From assembly GCA_051002015.1 (NCBI GenBank), contig JBPCMS010000019.1:4422-68421 (forward strand): a stretch of DNA of 64,000 nt. The letters are read 5' to 3'. The notes beneath the pieces are model-generated. The model saw only the letters and a list, made by a program, of their open reading frames with translations, was not told the DNA's origin and did no database searches. Below, in pieces: positions 9,070-19,424 of this stretch. Every line of letters starts with the position of its first letter. Position 1 is the first letter of the stretch. The position numbers were made by a program, and so were the translations under genes. The DNA comes from Acidimicrobiia bacterium (GTDB taxonomy: Bacteria; Actinomycetota; Acidimicrobiia; Spongiisociales; UBA5794).

Positions 9070-10278
9070 TCAGCCCTTGACCACCTTGCCCGCCTTCCAG
9101 ACGTGGGTGACCCTGGCGGGATCGCCCCACACGGAGAGGTCGTCGAGCGGGTTGGCGTCGAGGGCGATGACATCGGCGTCGTACCCGACCTCGAGCCGGC
9201 CCGACCGCGGCCCCTGTGGGCCCAGGGTCAGGGGGCCGGTGGCGGTGGCCGCCTCGATCGCCTCCAGCGGGGACAACCCGGCGTCGACCAGGTGGCGGAT
9301 CTCGGTGCTGTTCCTGCCGTACTCACCGGCGAAGAAGATGTCGGTACCCATGGCGATGGTCACCCCGGAGGCCACGGCGATCTTCATCGCCATCGCATGC
9401 CGGTCGGCGATGGCGACCGCCTTGCGGTGGGCGTACGCCGGGAGGGTGTCCGCCTTCTCCTGCAGCAACTCCACCACGAAGCGGGTGGGAACCAGCACCG
9501 CACCCTGCCGCCGCATCAGGTCGGCCGCCTCCTCGTCGAGATAGGTGCCGTGCTCGATGGTGTGCACCCCGTTCCGCAACGCCGCCATGATCCCCGGCTT
9601 TCCGTGGCAATGGGCGGCAACCACCCGGTCGGCCCGGGCCGCCTCGGACACGATGGCGGCGATCTCCTCGTCCGAGAACTGCTGGTGGATGGGGTCGTCG
9701 ATCTCGCTCATCACCCCGCCGGAGGCGCAGATCTTGATGACCCGCGCCCCCCGGCGGAGCTGGATCCTGACCGCCCGCAGACAGGCGGGGACCCCGTCGC
9801 ACAGGTGCCCCATCCATCTTGGGGACCGTTCGATGACGTCGAGCGGGAAGGCGTGCCCGTCGCCGTGGCCGCCGGTGGTCGACAGGACGTCGCCGGCCCC
9901 GTACACGGTGGGACCGGGCAGCGCCCCGTCGTCGACGGCGGGGGCGAGGTCGACCCCGAAGCCGCCGACCTCGCGGGCGCTGGTGACCCCGCCCAGCAGC
10001 GTCGCCTCGATGGCCTTGGTGGCCCGCGCCGCCATCCGGGCAACGGGGACGTGGAGCGACTCGTGGATGTCGGCGGTCTGGAGCCCCAGGAAGTGGGCGT
10101 GAGCCTCCCACAGCCCGGGGAGCACCGCGGCCACCTCCACCGGGTCGGTGTCAACGGTCGGGGCGGATGCGGTTGGTCTGACATGGGTGATGACCGGGCC
10201 GTCGAGCAGCACCGACCCGTGCTCGAGGGGCTCACCTCTGCCGGGTATGAGGACGTCGGCGTCGATGCGCACGGCCAC
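9070..10278 (-). CDS. metal-dependent amidohydrolase family protein
   Basis: 402 aa with HxH (EAHAHF), KICASGG, HCHG, IEHG and GTD motifs of the amidohydrolase superfamily. Confidence 0.8.
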   Translation of the reverse strand: MAVRIDADVLIPGRGEPLEHGSVLLDGPVITHVRPTASAPTVDTDPVEVAAVLPGLWEAHAHFLGLQTADIHESLHVPVARMAARATKAIEATLLGGVTSAREVGGFGVDLAPAVDDGALPGPTVYGAGDVLSTTGGHGDGHAFPLDVIERSPRWMGHLCDGVPACLRAVRIQLRRGARVIKICASGGVMSEIDDPIHQQFSDEEIAAIVSEAARADRVVAAHCHGKPGIMAALRNGVHTIEHGTYLDEEAADLMRRQGAVLVPTRFVVELLQEKADTLPAYAHRKAVAIADRHAMAMKIAVASGVTIAMGTDIFFAGEYGRNSTEIRHLVDAGLSPLEAIEAATATGPLTLGPQGPRSGRLEVGYDADVIALDANPLDDLSVWGDPARVTHVWKAGKVVKG

Positions 10279-10353
10279 CGGGCGAGGCTAGTGGTCGGGG
10301 TTCCACCTCCGCCCGGATGCCGGTGTGGTGTCGGCTGGTATTTTGCGGCCCCG

Positions 10354-12957
10354 ATGGAGCCCACCTACCAACCGAAGCAGGTCGAAGCGCGCTGGTACCC
10401 GGTGTGGGAGCAGGCGGGCGCCTTCCGCCCCGAGATAAACCCCGAGGGGGAGCCGTTCTCGATCGTGATCCCCCCGCCCAACGTCACCGGGGTGCTCCAC
10501 ATGGGCCACGCCCTCAACATGTCGCTGCAGGACGTGATCATCAGGCGCAAGCGGATGCAGGGCCACGCCGTGCTGTGGCTCCCCGGCACCGACCATGCCG
10601 GGATCGCCACCCAGAACGTAGTGGAGCGCGAGCTGGCCGCCGAGGGCCTGACCCGCCACGACCTGGGGCGTGAGGCGTTCGTGGAGCGGGTCTGGGCGTG
10701 GAAGGCGGCGTCCGGCAACCGGATCACCGACCAGATCAGGCGGATGGGCTTCTCCACCGACTGGACCAGGGAGCGCTTCACCCTGGATCAGGGGCTCAGC
10801 GCCGCGGTGCGCGAGGTGTTCGTCAGCCTGTACGAGGAGGGGATCATCTACCGGGGTCGCCGCATCATCAACTGGTGCCCGCGCTGCCGCACCGCCCTCT
10901 CCGACATCGAGGTGGAGCACGAGGACACCTTGGGGGAGCTGGTGTCGATCCGGTACCCGTTGGTCGACGACCCCGACCGGGCCATCGTGGTCGCCACCAC
11001 CAGGGCCGAGACCATGCTGGGCGACACCGGGGTCGCCGTCCATCCCGATGACGACCGCTACCGCCACCTGGTGGGCCGCTCGGTGCGGCTCCCGCTGCTG
11101 GACCGGGTCATCCCGATCGTGGCCGACCAGGGCGTCGACCCCGGGTTCGGGACCGGGGCGGTCAAGGTGACCCCGGCCCATGATCGCCTCGACTTCGAGA
11201 TCGGCGGGCGGCATGGGCTGGAGCCGGTGGTCGTCATCGACGACATCGGGATGATCACCCCGGCCGGGGGTGGATTCGCCGGGATGGACCGGATGGAGGC
11301 GAGGACGGCGGTGATCTCGGCCCTCTCCGAACAGGGGTTCCTACTCGGGGTGGAGGACCATCACCACGCCGTCGGGCGCTGCTCCCGCTGTCACACCGTG
11401 GTCGAGCCGGTGCTGTCCCTGCAGTGGTTCGTGGCGGTGACCCCGCTGGTGGGGCCCGCCGTCGACGTGGTCAGCGACGGGGCCAGCCGCTTCATCCCCG
11501 AGCGGTGGCAGAACGTCTACATCCCCTGGATGGAGAACCTGCGCGACTGGTGCATCAGCCGCCAGCTCTGGTGGGGGCACCGCATCCCCGCCTGGTACTG
11601 CGACGCCTGCGACGAGACCATCGTGGCCCGCCAGGACGTCGCCGCCTGCACCCGCTGCGGCGGGGCGGTGCGGGCCGAGGAGGACGTGCTCGACACCTGG
11701 TTCTCGTCGGCGCTGTGGCCGTTCTCGACGCTGGGCTGGCCCGAGCCGACCGCCGACCTCGACAGGTTCTACCCGACCGACGTCGTCGTCACCGGGTTCG
11801 ACATCATCACCTTCTGGGTGTCGCGGATGCTGATGACCGGGATGCGGTTCATGGGTGAGAAGCCGTTCTCCGACATCGTGATCCACGGTCTGGTGCGCGC
11901 CGCCGACGGGCGCAAGATGTCGAAGAGCGCGGGGAACGCCCTCGACCCGCTCGACCTCGCCGACCGCTACGGGGCGGACGCCGTCAGGCTCGCCCTGGTC
12001 CAGTCGGCGGCGCCGGGCCATGACATCCCGCTCAACCAGGACTGGATCGACGCCGGGCGCCGGTTCGGCAACAAGCTGTGGAACGCCGTCCGGTTCGCCG
12101 TCGAGCACGGCGGGGTGGGGGGTGTGCCCGCCACCGGCGGCTACCCGGCCGATCCCGGCCCAGAGGACGCCTGGATCCTGGGGAGGCTCGCCGCCGTCGC
12201 CACCGAGTACGACGCCCACCTCGACCAGTACCGGTTCTCCGATGCGGTGACCACCGTGTACAACTTCGCCTGGTCCGAGGTCTTCGACTGGTACCTGGAG
12301 ATGACCAAGCCGCTGCTCTCGGGCGAAGGAGGGGAGGTGACCAGGGCAACCCTGGGCGTGGTGCTACGCGACCTCCTCGCCCTGTTCCACCCGGTGATCC
12401 CCCACCTGACCGAGGAGCTGTGGGCCGAACTCGGCGACGGCTCCCTGCTGATCACGGCACCGTGGCCCCAGCCCCCTGCGGTGCAGGATGCGGCGGACGG
12501 GATGACCGAGCTGCTCGGGATCGTCACCGAGATCCGGCGCTTCCGCGCCGAGCACTCGCTGGGCGGGCGCCGGCTCGACATCCAGCTCGACATCCGACTC
12601 GACGCACCGGCGGCGATCGGCCGGCCCTGGTGGCGGTCCCAGGTGGAGCGGCTCGGCCGGGTGACCGTCACCGGCCCGGTAGAAACCGGTGCGGGCGGGT
12701 CGGCGCTGCTCACCGCCGGCGCGGTGTCGATACACATCCCGATGGCGGGCGTTGTCGACGTCGAGACCGAGCGGCCCAAGCTGGAGAGGGCCATCGCCGA
12801 GAACGAGGCGCGGCTGGCGGCATCGGAGCGGACCCTGGCCAACCCGTCGTTCCGGGAACAGGCCCCCACAGACGTCGTCGCCAAGGAGGAGGCGAAGCGG
12901 GACGAGTTCGCAGCCGCCCTCGACCGGCTTCGCAATCGGCGCGCCGAGACCGGCTGA
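10354..12957 (+). CDS. valS: valine--tRNA ligase
   Basis: Internal ATG MEPTYQPKQVE. HIGH-type (PPPNVTGVLHMGHA) and KMSKS motifs, and a C-terminal coiled coil. Confidence 0.95.
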   Translation: MEPTYQPKQVEARWYPVWEQAGAFRPEINPEGEPFSIVIPPPNVTGVLHMGHALNMSLQDVIIRRKRMQGHAVLWLPGTDHAGIATQNVVERELAAEGLTRHDLGREAFVERVWAWKAASGNRITDQIRRMGFSTDWTRERFTLDQGLSAAVREVFVSLYEEGIIYRGRRIINWCPRCRTALSDIEVEHEDTLGELVSIRYPLVDDPDRAIVVATTRAETMLGDTGVAVHPDDDRYRHLVGRSVRLPLLDRVIPIVADQGVDPGFGTGAVKVTPAHDRLDFEIGGRHGLEPVVVIDDIGMITPAGGGFAGMDRMEARTAVISALSEQGFLLGVEDHHHAVGRCSRCHTVVEPVLSLQWFVAVTPLVGPAVDVVSDGASRFIPERWQNVYIPWMENLRDWCISRQLWWGHRIPAWYCDACDETIVARQDVAACTRCGGAVRAEEDVLDTWFSSALWPFSTLGWPEPTADLDRFYPTDVVVTGFDIITFWVSRMLMTGMRFMGEKPFSDIVIHGLVRAADGRKMSKSAGNALDPLDLADRYGADAVRLALVQSAAPGHDIPLNQDWIDAGRRFGNKLWNAVRFAVEHGGVGGVPATGGYPADPGPEDAWILGRLAAVATEYDAHLDQYRFSDAVTTVYNFAWSEVFDWYLEMTKPLLSGEGGEVTRATLGVVLRDLLALFHPVIPHLTEELWAELGDGSLLITAPWPQPPAVQDAADGMTELLGIVTEIRRFRAEHSLGGRRLDIQLDIRLDAPAAIGRPWWRSQVERLGRVTVTGPVETGAGGSALLTAGAVSIHIPMAGVVDVETERPKLERAIAENEARLAASERTLANPSFREQAPTDVVAKEEAKRDEFAAALDRLRNRRAETG

Positions 12958-12960
12958 CCG

Positions 12961-14283
12961 TTGACCGTCCTGATCACCGGCCGCGACCAGGCCGTCGCCT
13001 TCCTCGACAAGAGGATCGACCGCGGGATCCAGCCCGGGCTGGAGCGGATCGCCGGGCTGCTCGCGGTGATGGGGGACCCCCACCGGCACCTCCCGATGAT
13101 CCACGTCGCCGGCACCAATGGCAAGACCACGACGGTGCGTCTGATCACCGACATCCTCGGCCATCACGGGCTCAAGGTCGGCTCGTTCATCTCGCCCCAC
13201 CTGGAGCGGGTCGAGGAGCGGTTCTCCATCGGCGGCGTCTCCCTCGACGAGGAGCAGTTTGCCGCCGCCGTCGCCGACGTGGCCCCCTTCGTCGAGGCCT
13301 ACGAGCAGCGCCACGATCTCGGGGTCACCTATTTCGAGCTCACCGCCGCCATCGCCTTCGCCGTGTTCGTCGGGCATGCCGCCGATGTCGGGGTGGTCGA
13401 GGTGGGTATGGGGGGCCGGTGGGACGCCACCAACGTGGTCGAGGCCGACGTCTCGGTCATCACCGGGATCGCCCTCGACCACACCACCTGGCTCGGTGGG
13501 ACGATCGCCGAGATCGCCGCCGAGAAGGTCGCCATCCTCAAACGGAAGGGCAGGCTGGTCACCGGGGTGCTGCCCGCCACCGCAGACGGCGCCGTCACCG
13601 CCCGGGTCGCCGAGACCGAGTCGCGGTGGTTCCGCTACGGCGAGCACTTCGCCGCCGCCGAGGTGGGCCGTGCCATCGGGGGTTGGGTGTGCGATGTCGA
13701 CGGCACCTTCGACCGGTATGAGGGGATCTTCCTCCCCCTGCATGGCCGCCACCAGGTCGACCATCTCGCCACCGCCGTTGCCGTCTGCGAGGTCTTCTTC
13801 GGGCGGGCGCTCGACCACGCCGCCGTCCTCAACGCCGTGGCCGGGGCGTCTTCCCCGGGAAGGATCGAGGTGATCAGCCGCAAGCCGCTGGTCCTGATCG
13901 ACGGCGCCCACAATGCCCAGGGTCTGCACGGGCTCGCCACCGCCCTCGCCGACGAGTTCCTGCCCGGCCCCCGCATCCTGGTCGCCGGCTTCGGGGGCGA
14001 CCGCGACCCCGCCCCGCTGCTGGCGCCGCTGGTCGGGCTGGTCGATCGGGTGATCGCCACCAGCGCCGCCGACGGCAAGGCGCTCCCCGCCGAGCAGGTC
14101 GCCGCCGCCGCCGCCGCCGTCTTCGGGCCGGAGGTGCTGGTCGAGGTGAGGACCCCGGTTGCCGCCGCCGTCGCCGCCGCCCTGGCCGCCGCCGCTCCTT
14201 CCGACACGGTGGTGGTCACCGGGTCGCTGTACGTGGTCGGTGAGGCCCGCACCGCCCTCACCACATCGGACCGACGGTCTTAG
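12961..14283 (+). CDS. folC: folylpolyglutamate synthase / dihydrofolate synthase
   Basis: 440 aa, Mur-ligase P-loop HVAGTNGKTTT. Conserved position after valS. TTG start. Confidence 0.9.
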   Translation: MTVLITGRDQAVAFLDKRIDRGIQPGLERIAGLLAVMGDPHRHLPMIHVAGTNGKTTTVRLITDILGHHGLKVGSFISPHLERVEERFSIGGVSLDEEQFAAAVADVAPFVEAYEQRHDLGVTYFELTAAIAFAVFVGHAADVGVVEVGMGGRWDATNVVEADVSVITGIALDHTTWLGGTIAEIAAEKVAILKRKGRLVTGVLPATADGAVTARVAETESRWFRYGEHFAAAEVGRAIGGWVCDVDGTFDRYEGIFLPLHGRHQVDHLATAVAVCEVFFGRALDHAAVLNAVAGASSPGRIEVISRKPLVLIDGAHNAQGLHGLATALADEFLPGPRILVAGFGGDRDPAPLLAPLVGLVDRVIATSAADGKALPAEQVAAAAAAVFGPEVLVEVRTPVAAAVAAALAAAAPSDTVVVTGSLYVVGEARTALTTSDRRS

Positions 14284-14457
14284 GTCGGGGCGGACCCGAA
14301 CGCACTACCATCCCGCCGTCCCCGCAGCCGAAGGCCGTCCCGGTCACGCCCGTCCCTCGACGGCGCCCCCCAGGATGGCGGCATCGGCCGCACCGCAGCG
14401 AACCGCATGGCCCGTCTCCACGGGTCGCAGGTGGTTCGGATACCTCCCGAGGTACTG

Positions 14458-14862
14458 ATGGCGATCGAGCAAACGTTTGTCATGGTGAAGCCCGACGGGA
14501 TCGCCCGCGGTCTAGTCGGCGAGATCATCTCCCGGTTCGAGCGCAAGGGTCTCACCCTGGAGAACCTGCGGATGCTGACCATCGACGAGGAGCTGGCGCG
14601 GCGCCACTATGCCGAGCACGTCGAGAAGGGCTTCTTCCCCGAGCTCCTCGACTTCATCACCAGCGGCCCGGTGGTGGCGATGGCCTGGACCGGGGAGTCG
14701 GCGGTCTCCGTGGGCCGCACCCTGATGGGACCGACCGATCCGGGCGCAGCCCCGCCGGGCACCATCAGGGGCGACTACGGCACGGTGGTCACCGAGAACC
14801 TGGTGCACGGCTCCGACTCCGCCGAGAGCGCCGCCCGCGAGCTGGCGATCTTCTTCCCCTGA
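14458..14862 (+). CDS. ndk: nucleoside diphosphate kinase
   Basis: Internal ATG MAIEQTFVMVKPDG. NDK signature NLVHGSDS. Confidence 0.95.
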   Translation: MAIEQTFVMVKPDGIARGLVGEIISRFERKGLTLENLRMLTIDEELARRHYAEHVEKGFFPELLDFITSGPVVAMAWTGESAVSVGRTLMGPTDPGAAPPGTIRGDYGTVVTENLVHGSDSAESAARELAIFFP

Positions 14863-14962
14863 TCCCCTGAAGCGGTGGTTCAAGTCCTTCAAGCGGTGGT
14901 TCAGGGGGGAGCAGGGCCTCCCGGACGCCCGGCCACCGATCGGACCTAGACTGCGTAACCCC

Positions 14963-16009
14963 ATGGCGGATTCCATGCGCAACTCCATCTTCTCCGTCGC
15001 CGGCCGCGACATGGCGATCGATCTCGGTACCGCAAATACCCTGGTGTTCGTGCGCGGGGTCGGCATCGTGCTCAACGAGCCGTCGGTCGTCGCCATCAAC
15101 ACGCGGGACAACCGCCCGCTCGAGGTCGGGATGGAGGCCAAACGGATGATCGGGCGCACCCCGTCGTACATCCAGGCAATCCGTCCCCTGCGCAACGGCG
15201 TCATCGCCGACTTCGACATCACCGAGAAGATGCTGCGCTACTTCATCGACAAGGTGCACAACCGTCGCCTCTCGGCCCGACCCCGCATCGTGATCTGCGT
15301 CCCTTCGGGGATAACCGCGGTGGAGCGCCGCGCCGTCGAGGAGGCGGCGTACCACGCCGGCGCCAGACGGGCCTACACCATCGAGGAGCCGATGGCGGCC
15401 GCCATCGGGGTGGGTCTGCCCGTCCACGAGCCCTCCGGTTCGATGGTGGTCGACATGGGGGGCGGCACCACCGAGGTGGCGGTCATCTCGCTCGGCGGCA
15501 TCGTGGTGTCGCGCAGCATCCGCATCGGCGGTGACGAGCTGGACGAGGCCATCATCTCGTGGGTGAAGAAGGAGTACAACATGATGCTCGGCGAGCGCAC
15601 CGCCGAGCAGGTCAAGATGGCCATCGGGTCTGCCTGGCCGTACCGCGACGAGCCCGCCGCCGAGGTTCGGGGCCGCGACCTCATCAGCGGGCTTCCCAAG
15701 ACCATCGTGCTGTCCAGCTCCGAGGTGCGGGAGGCGATCGAGGAACCGGTGCAGTCGATCGTCGACGCGGTCAAGTTCACGCTCGACAAGACGCCACCCG
15801 AGCTCGCCGCCGACATCATGGACCGTGGGATCGTGCTCACCGGTGGGGGGGCGCTGCTGCGCGGTCTCGACATGCGGCTGGCGAGCGAGACCGGGATGCC
15901 GATCGTCACCGCCGATCGCCCGTTGCAGTCGGTGGTGCTCGGGTCGGGAGCCTGCCTCGAGGAGTTCGACGTGCTCGGCGTCGTGCTCTCCTCGAGCGGT
16001 CGGGCCTGA
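14963..16009 (+). CDS. mreB: rod shape-determining protein MreB
   Basis: 348 aa actin-like ATPase (DLGTANTLV, VDMGGGTTEVAV). Confidence 0.95.
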   Translation: MADSMRNSIFSVAGRDMAIDLGTANTLVFVRGVGIVLNEPSVVAINTRDNRPLEVGMEAKRMIGRTPSYIQAIRPLRNGVIADFDITEKMLRYFIDKVHNRRLSARPRIVICVPSGITAVERRAVEEAAYHAGARRAYTIEEPMAAAIGVGLPVHEPSGSMVVDMGGGTTEVAVISLGGIVVSRSIRIGGDELDEAIISWVKKEYNMMLGERTAEQVKMAIGSAWPYRDEPAAEVRGRDLISGLPKTIVLSSSEVREAIEEPVQSIVDAVKFTLDKTPPELAADIMDRGIVLTGGGALLRGLDMRLASETGMPIVTADRPLQSVVLGSGACLEEFDVLGVVLSSSGRA

Positions 16010-16051
16010 CCCTGGGCCAGGCCCCCGGCCGGGTGGAGGAAAGCAGTTCAC

Positions 16052-16942
16052 ATGCTCCCGTTTCGCCGATTCGAGCGATCTACCGTCCTGTTGGTCGGGT
16101 TGGTGATGCTGTCGTTCCTCATCGCCACCTTCGACGTTCGTGCCGATGGGGCCGGTATGGGAGCGATGCTGCGCACCGGGGCCCAGTCGCTGTTCGCTCC
16201 GGTCCAGCAGCTCGCCACCGCCGTTGCCAGACCCGTCGCCGGGTTCATCGACGGGGTCTCCAACATCGCGGGGCTCAGGGACGAGCTGGCGGCGGCGCGG
16301 TCGGAGAACGACGCCCTGCGTCAGCAGCTCCTCGATGTGCAGGCCATGCAGAACCGTCTCACCGAGCTGGAACGGATCCTCGACCTCGAACCGCCGACGG
16401 ACGTGGCGACGGTGACCGCCAGGATCGCCTCGCTGGCACCGAGTGACTTCGACCAGGTGCGCTGGATCGACCGGGGAAGCGCCGACGGGATCGCGGTGGG
16501 CCAGGCGGTCATCGACGAGGACGGGTTGGTGGGGCGGATCGACTTCGTCGCCGAGAACTCGGCGCGGGTGCGGCTGATCACCGATCCCCGCAGCGGGGTC
16601 GGGGTGCGGGATCTGGGCACCAACGAGACCGGATGGATCGAGGGCAGGGGCGCCGGCCCGCTCGAGCTCAAGATGTTCGGCACCACCAAGCCGGTGCAGC
16701 AGGGCGAGCGGCTGGTGACCGACGGCACCCGTTTCCCCCCGGGGATCCCGGTCGGGGTCGTGGCCGAACCCGCCGAGGCGGTGGCGGGCTTCGCCCTGAT
16801 CACCACCGTCACCCCTTCGATCCAGCTGGCCGAGCTCGATTACGTCAAGGTCGTGGTCGGCTGGTCACCGCTTGACGCCGTCATCGACCCGGACACGGGC
16901 GAGGTCGTGGACGTGCCCCTCAGTCCGGTGACGGTCGAGTGA
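16052..16942 (+). CDS. mreC: rod shape-determining protein MreC
   Basis: 296 aa with an N-terminal TM, a coiled coil and beta-barrel domains. Located between mreB and mreD. Confidence 0.85.
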   Translation: MLPFRRFERSTVLLVGLVMLSFLIATFDVRADGAGMGAMLRTGAQSLFAPVQQLATAVARPVAGFIDGVSNIAGLRDELAAARSENDALRQQLLDVQAMQNRLTELERILDLEPPTDVATVTARIASLAPSDFDQVRWIDRGSADGIAVGQAVIDEDGLVGRIDFVAENSARVRLITDPRSGVGVRDLGTNETGWIEGRGAGPLELKMFGTTKPVQQGERLVTDGTRFPPGIPVGVVAEPAEAVAGFALITTVTPSIQLAELDYVKVVVGWSPLDAVIDPDTGEVVDVPLSPVTVE

Positions 16943-17454
16943 GCGCCCGTCCCGTCGCCCTCTCGATCCTCCTGGTGTTCGTCGCCGTGGTGATCCAGAC
17001 CACCCTGTTCGGAGCGGGCCGGATCCAACCGCTGGGCGCAGCCCCGATGCTGGTGCTGGCGGTGGTGGTTGCCTGCGTGCGCTACCTGGACCCCGAGCCG
17101 GCGCTGCTGCTCGGGTTCACCGCAGGGCTTCTCCTCGACCTGCTCGGCGGTTCCCCACTCGGGCTGTGGGCGATGGTCCATGTCGTCATCGCCTACCTCA
17201 CCCTCCGGCTGCGCCACCGCGCCGACGAGGCGGTTCCCCTGGTTGCGTTCGGGATCTTCCTACTGGCGCTGCTGGCCCAGGCGTTGTTCCTGGTGACGAG
17301 TACCCTCTTCGGGCAGTCGCTCCTCACCACCTCGGGTCTCGTGCAGCAGCTTCTCATCACCGCCCTCTACACCGTGATCGCTGCCGCCGGCGTGGTGCCC
17401 GCGGTGAGCAGGCTGCTGCGCGATCGCTCGGTGAGGACCTGGGCCCGACGATGA
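16939..17454 (+). CDS. mreD: rod shape-determining protein MreD
   Basis: 171 aa polytopic membrane protein. Overlaps the mreC stop and the pbp2 start. Confidence 0.75.
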   Translation: MSARPVALSILLVFVAVVIQTTLFGAGRIQPLGAAPMLVLAVVVACVRYLDPEPALLLGFTAGLLLDLLGGSPLGLWAMVHVVIAYLTLRLRHRADEAVPLVAFGIFLLALLAQALFLVTSTLFGQSLLTTSGLVQQLLITALYTVIAAAGVVPAVSRLLRDRSVRTWARR

Positions 17455-19424
17455 GCACCGGCGCCCGCCTCACCGTGCTCGGAATGGTCTTCCTGGCTCT
17501 CTTCAGCGTCCTCACCCTGCGGCTGTGGGCGGTGCAGGTGACCGCATCCACCGAGTACCGGGCCCTCGCCGAGACCAACCAGGTGCGGGTGGTGGAGACC
17601 CCGGCGCCGCGCGGTGAGATCCGCGACAGCCAGGGACGGTTGATGGCGGGCACCCAGCCGGCGCTCGCCGCCGTGCTCGACGGGGCGCTGGTCCCCGACG
17701 TCGACGACCCGGGCGAGCCGGACTTCATCCAACGCCTCTCGACCCTGACCGGGATCCCCGCCGACGAGGTACGCTCGGCGGTCGACACCGCCAGGAACCG
17801 GTCCGACCGCCTCACCCTGGTCGAGGAGCTGAGCGACGAGCAGTCGCTGCGGCTGGTCGAGTACGCCGAGGACTTCCCTGGGGTCTCGGTGCTGCCGCAG
17901 CCGGTACGGATCTATCCCCACGGAGAGCTTGGCGGCCATCTTGTCGGGTACATCGGCGACCCCAACGAGGACGACATCGCCAAGCCGGGGATCAGCCCGA
18001 CCGACCGGGTGGGCAGGGCCGGTGTGGAGCGGCAGTACGACGACCAGCTCCGGGGCACCCCCGGGATGATCAAGTACCGCATCGACGCCCAGCAGAACGT
18101 GCTCGAGGTGATCGGGGAGCAGGCGCCCGCACCCGGCGACAACCTGGTGCTCACCGTCGACCTCGACGTTCAGGCGATCCTCCGGGACTCCCTGCTCGAC
18201 GGTCTCCAGGCGGCCCGCGACGACTACCAGACGGACTGCGACCCCGCCGACGACCCACGCTGTCCGGTGCGGGCCGTCGGGGTGGTGCTCGACGCCACCA
18301 ACGGCGCCGTCGTCGCCATGGCGTCGGTGCCCGGCTACGACCCCAACATCTTCGTCGACGGGGTGAACCAGGCGGAGTGGGACCGTCTTTCCGAGCTGGC
18401 GGTCTTCAACAACTTCGCCATCCAGGGCGAGTATGCCCCGGCCTCGACGTTCAAGACGGTGGCCTACATGCTCGCCCTCGAGGAGGGGATCTTCGCCCTC
18501 GAGGGCGATGCCCAGGCCGCCGACGCCTCCTACTTCTGCGACGGGCAGCTCGAGTTCCTGTTCACCGACGGCAGCCCGCAGGTGCTCAACGACTGGATCT
18601 CCGATGGTCACGGTGAGGTCGATCTGCACTCCGGGCTGCAGACGTCGTGCGACCTCTACTTCTGGCAGATCGCCCTCAACATCTGGACCAACCGTCAGGG
18701 CAACCAGGGCGGCACCATCGCCGAGGACCTGCTCCAGCAGTGGGCCCGGCGCTTCGGCTTCGACGAGCCGACCGGCATCGACCTGCCGTTCGAGCAGGAC
18801 GGGCTCATCCCCGATCGGGAGTGGTTCGAGCGGGCCCAGGTGGAGTCCCCAGGGCTGGTCCGCGACGGGCCGTGGACCGGCGGCGACGTGCTCAACGCCG
18901 TCATCGGCCAGGGCTCGGTACTTTCCACCCCGCTCCAGCTGGCCAACGCATACGCCGCCATGGTCAACGGCGGCACCCTGTGGCAACCGAGGGTGGTCGA
19001 GGCCATGGTCGACCAGGCAGGGGGTCTGGTGTGGGAGAACACCCCGGTGGCCAGCACCCGGATCGACCTGTCGCCGCAGTCGGTGGCGTTCCTCCGCGCC
19101 GACCTTCACCAGGTGGTCAACGGCCCCTCCGGTACCGCTCGGGGTGCCTTCGCCGACTTCGGGCCCGGGGTCGAGCTGGTTGGCGGGAAGACCGGCACCG
19201 CCGAGGTGATCAAGGGCGAGACCGCCGAGGAGGACGTCGACACCGCCGTCTTCACCGGCGTCGTGCCCATCAACGACCCCCGCTACGTGGTGGTCATCGT
19301 GATCGAGCGCGGTGGAAGCGGCGGGCAGATCGCCGCTCCCACCGCCGTTCCCGTCCTCCAGTACCTGCTCACTGGTACCACCACCGGTCAGCAGATCGAG
19401 GTCGGCTCGGGGGTGACGGACTGA
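17451..19424 (+). CDS. mrdA: penicillin-binding protein 2 (elongasome transpeptidase)
   Basis: Internal ATG MSTGARLTVLG (TM). Contains a PBP dimerisation domain and a transpeptidase domain. ATGA overlap with mreD. Confidence 0.9.
   Translation: MSTGARLTVLGMVFLALFSVLTLRLWAVQVTASTEYRALAETNQVRVVETPAPRGEIRDSQGRLMAGTQPALAAVLDGALVPDVDDPGEPDFIQRLSTLTGIPADEVRSAVDTARNRSDRLTLVEELSDEQSLRLVEYAEDFPGVSVLPQPVRIYPHGELGGHLVGYIGDPNEDDIAKPGISPTDRVGRAGVERQYDDQLRGTPGMIKYRIDAQQNVLEVIGEQAPAPGDNLVLTVDLDVQAILRDSLLDGLQAARDDYQTDCDPADDPRCPVRAVGVVLDATNGAVVAMASVPGYDPNIFVDGVNQAEWDRLSELAVFNNFAIQGEYAPASTFKTVAYMLALEEGIFALEGDAQAADASYFCDGQLEFLFTDGSPQVLNDWISDGHGEVDLHSGLQTSCDLYFWQIALNIWTNRQGNQGGTIAEDLLQQWARRFGFDEPTGIDLPFEQDGLIPDREWFERAQVESPGLVRDGPWTGGDVLNAVIGQGSVLSTPLQLANAYAAMVNGGTLWQPRVVEAMVDQAGGLVWENTPVASTRIDLSPQSVAFLRADLHQVVNGPSGTARGAFADFGPGVELVGGKTGTAEVIKGETAEEDVDTAVFTGVVPINDPRYVVVIVIERGGSGGQIAAPTAVPVLQYLLTGTTTGQQIEVGSGVTD

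Noticed and set aside
9066-9075. Programmed -1 frameshift extending the amidohydrolase into the downstream orphan frame
   Set aside because: I see no slippery heptamer or downstream structure. The amidohydrolase already ends at the point typical for the family (..HVWKAGKVVKG). It is kept only as a minor alternative in the finding.
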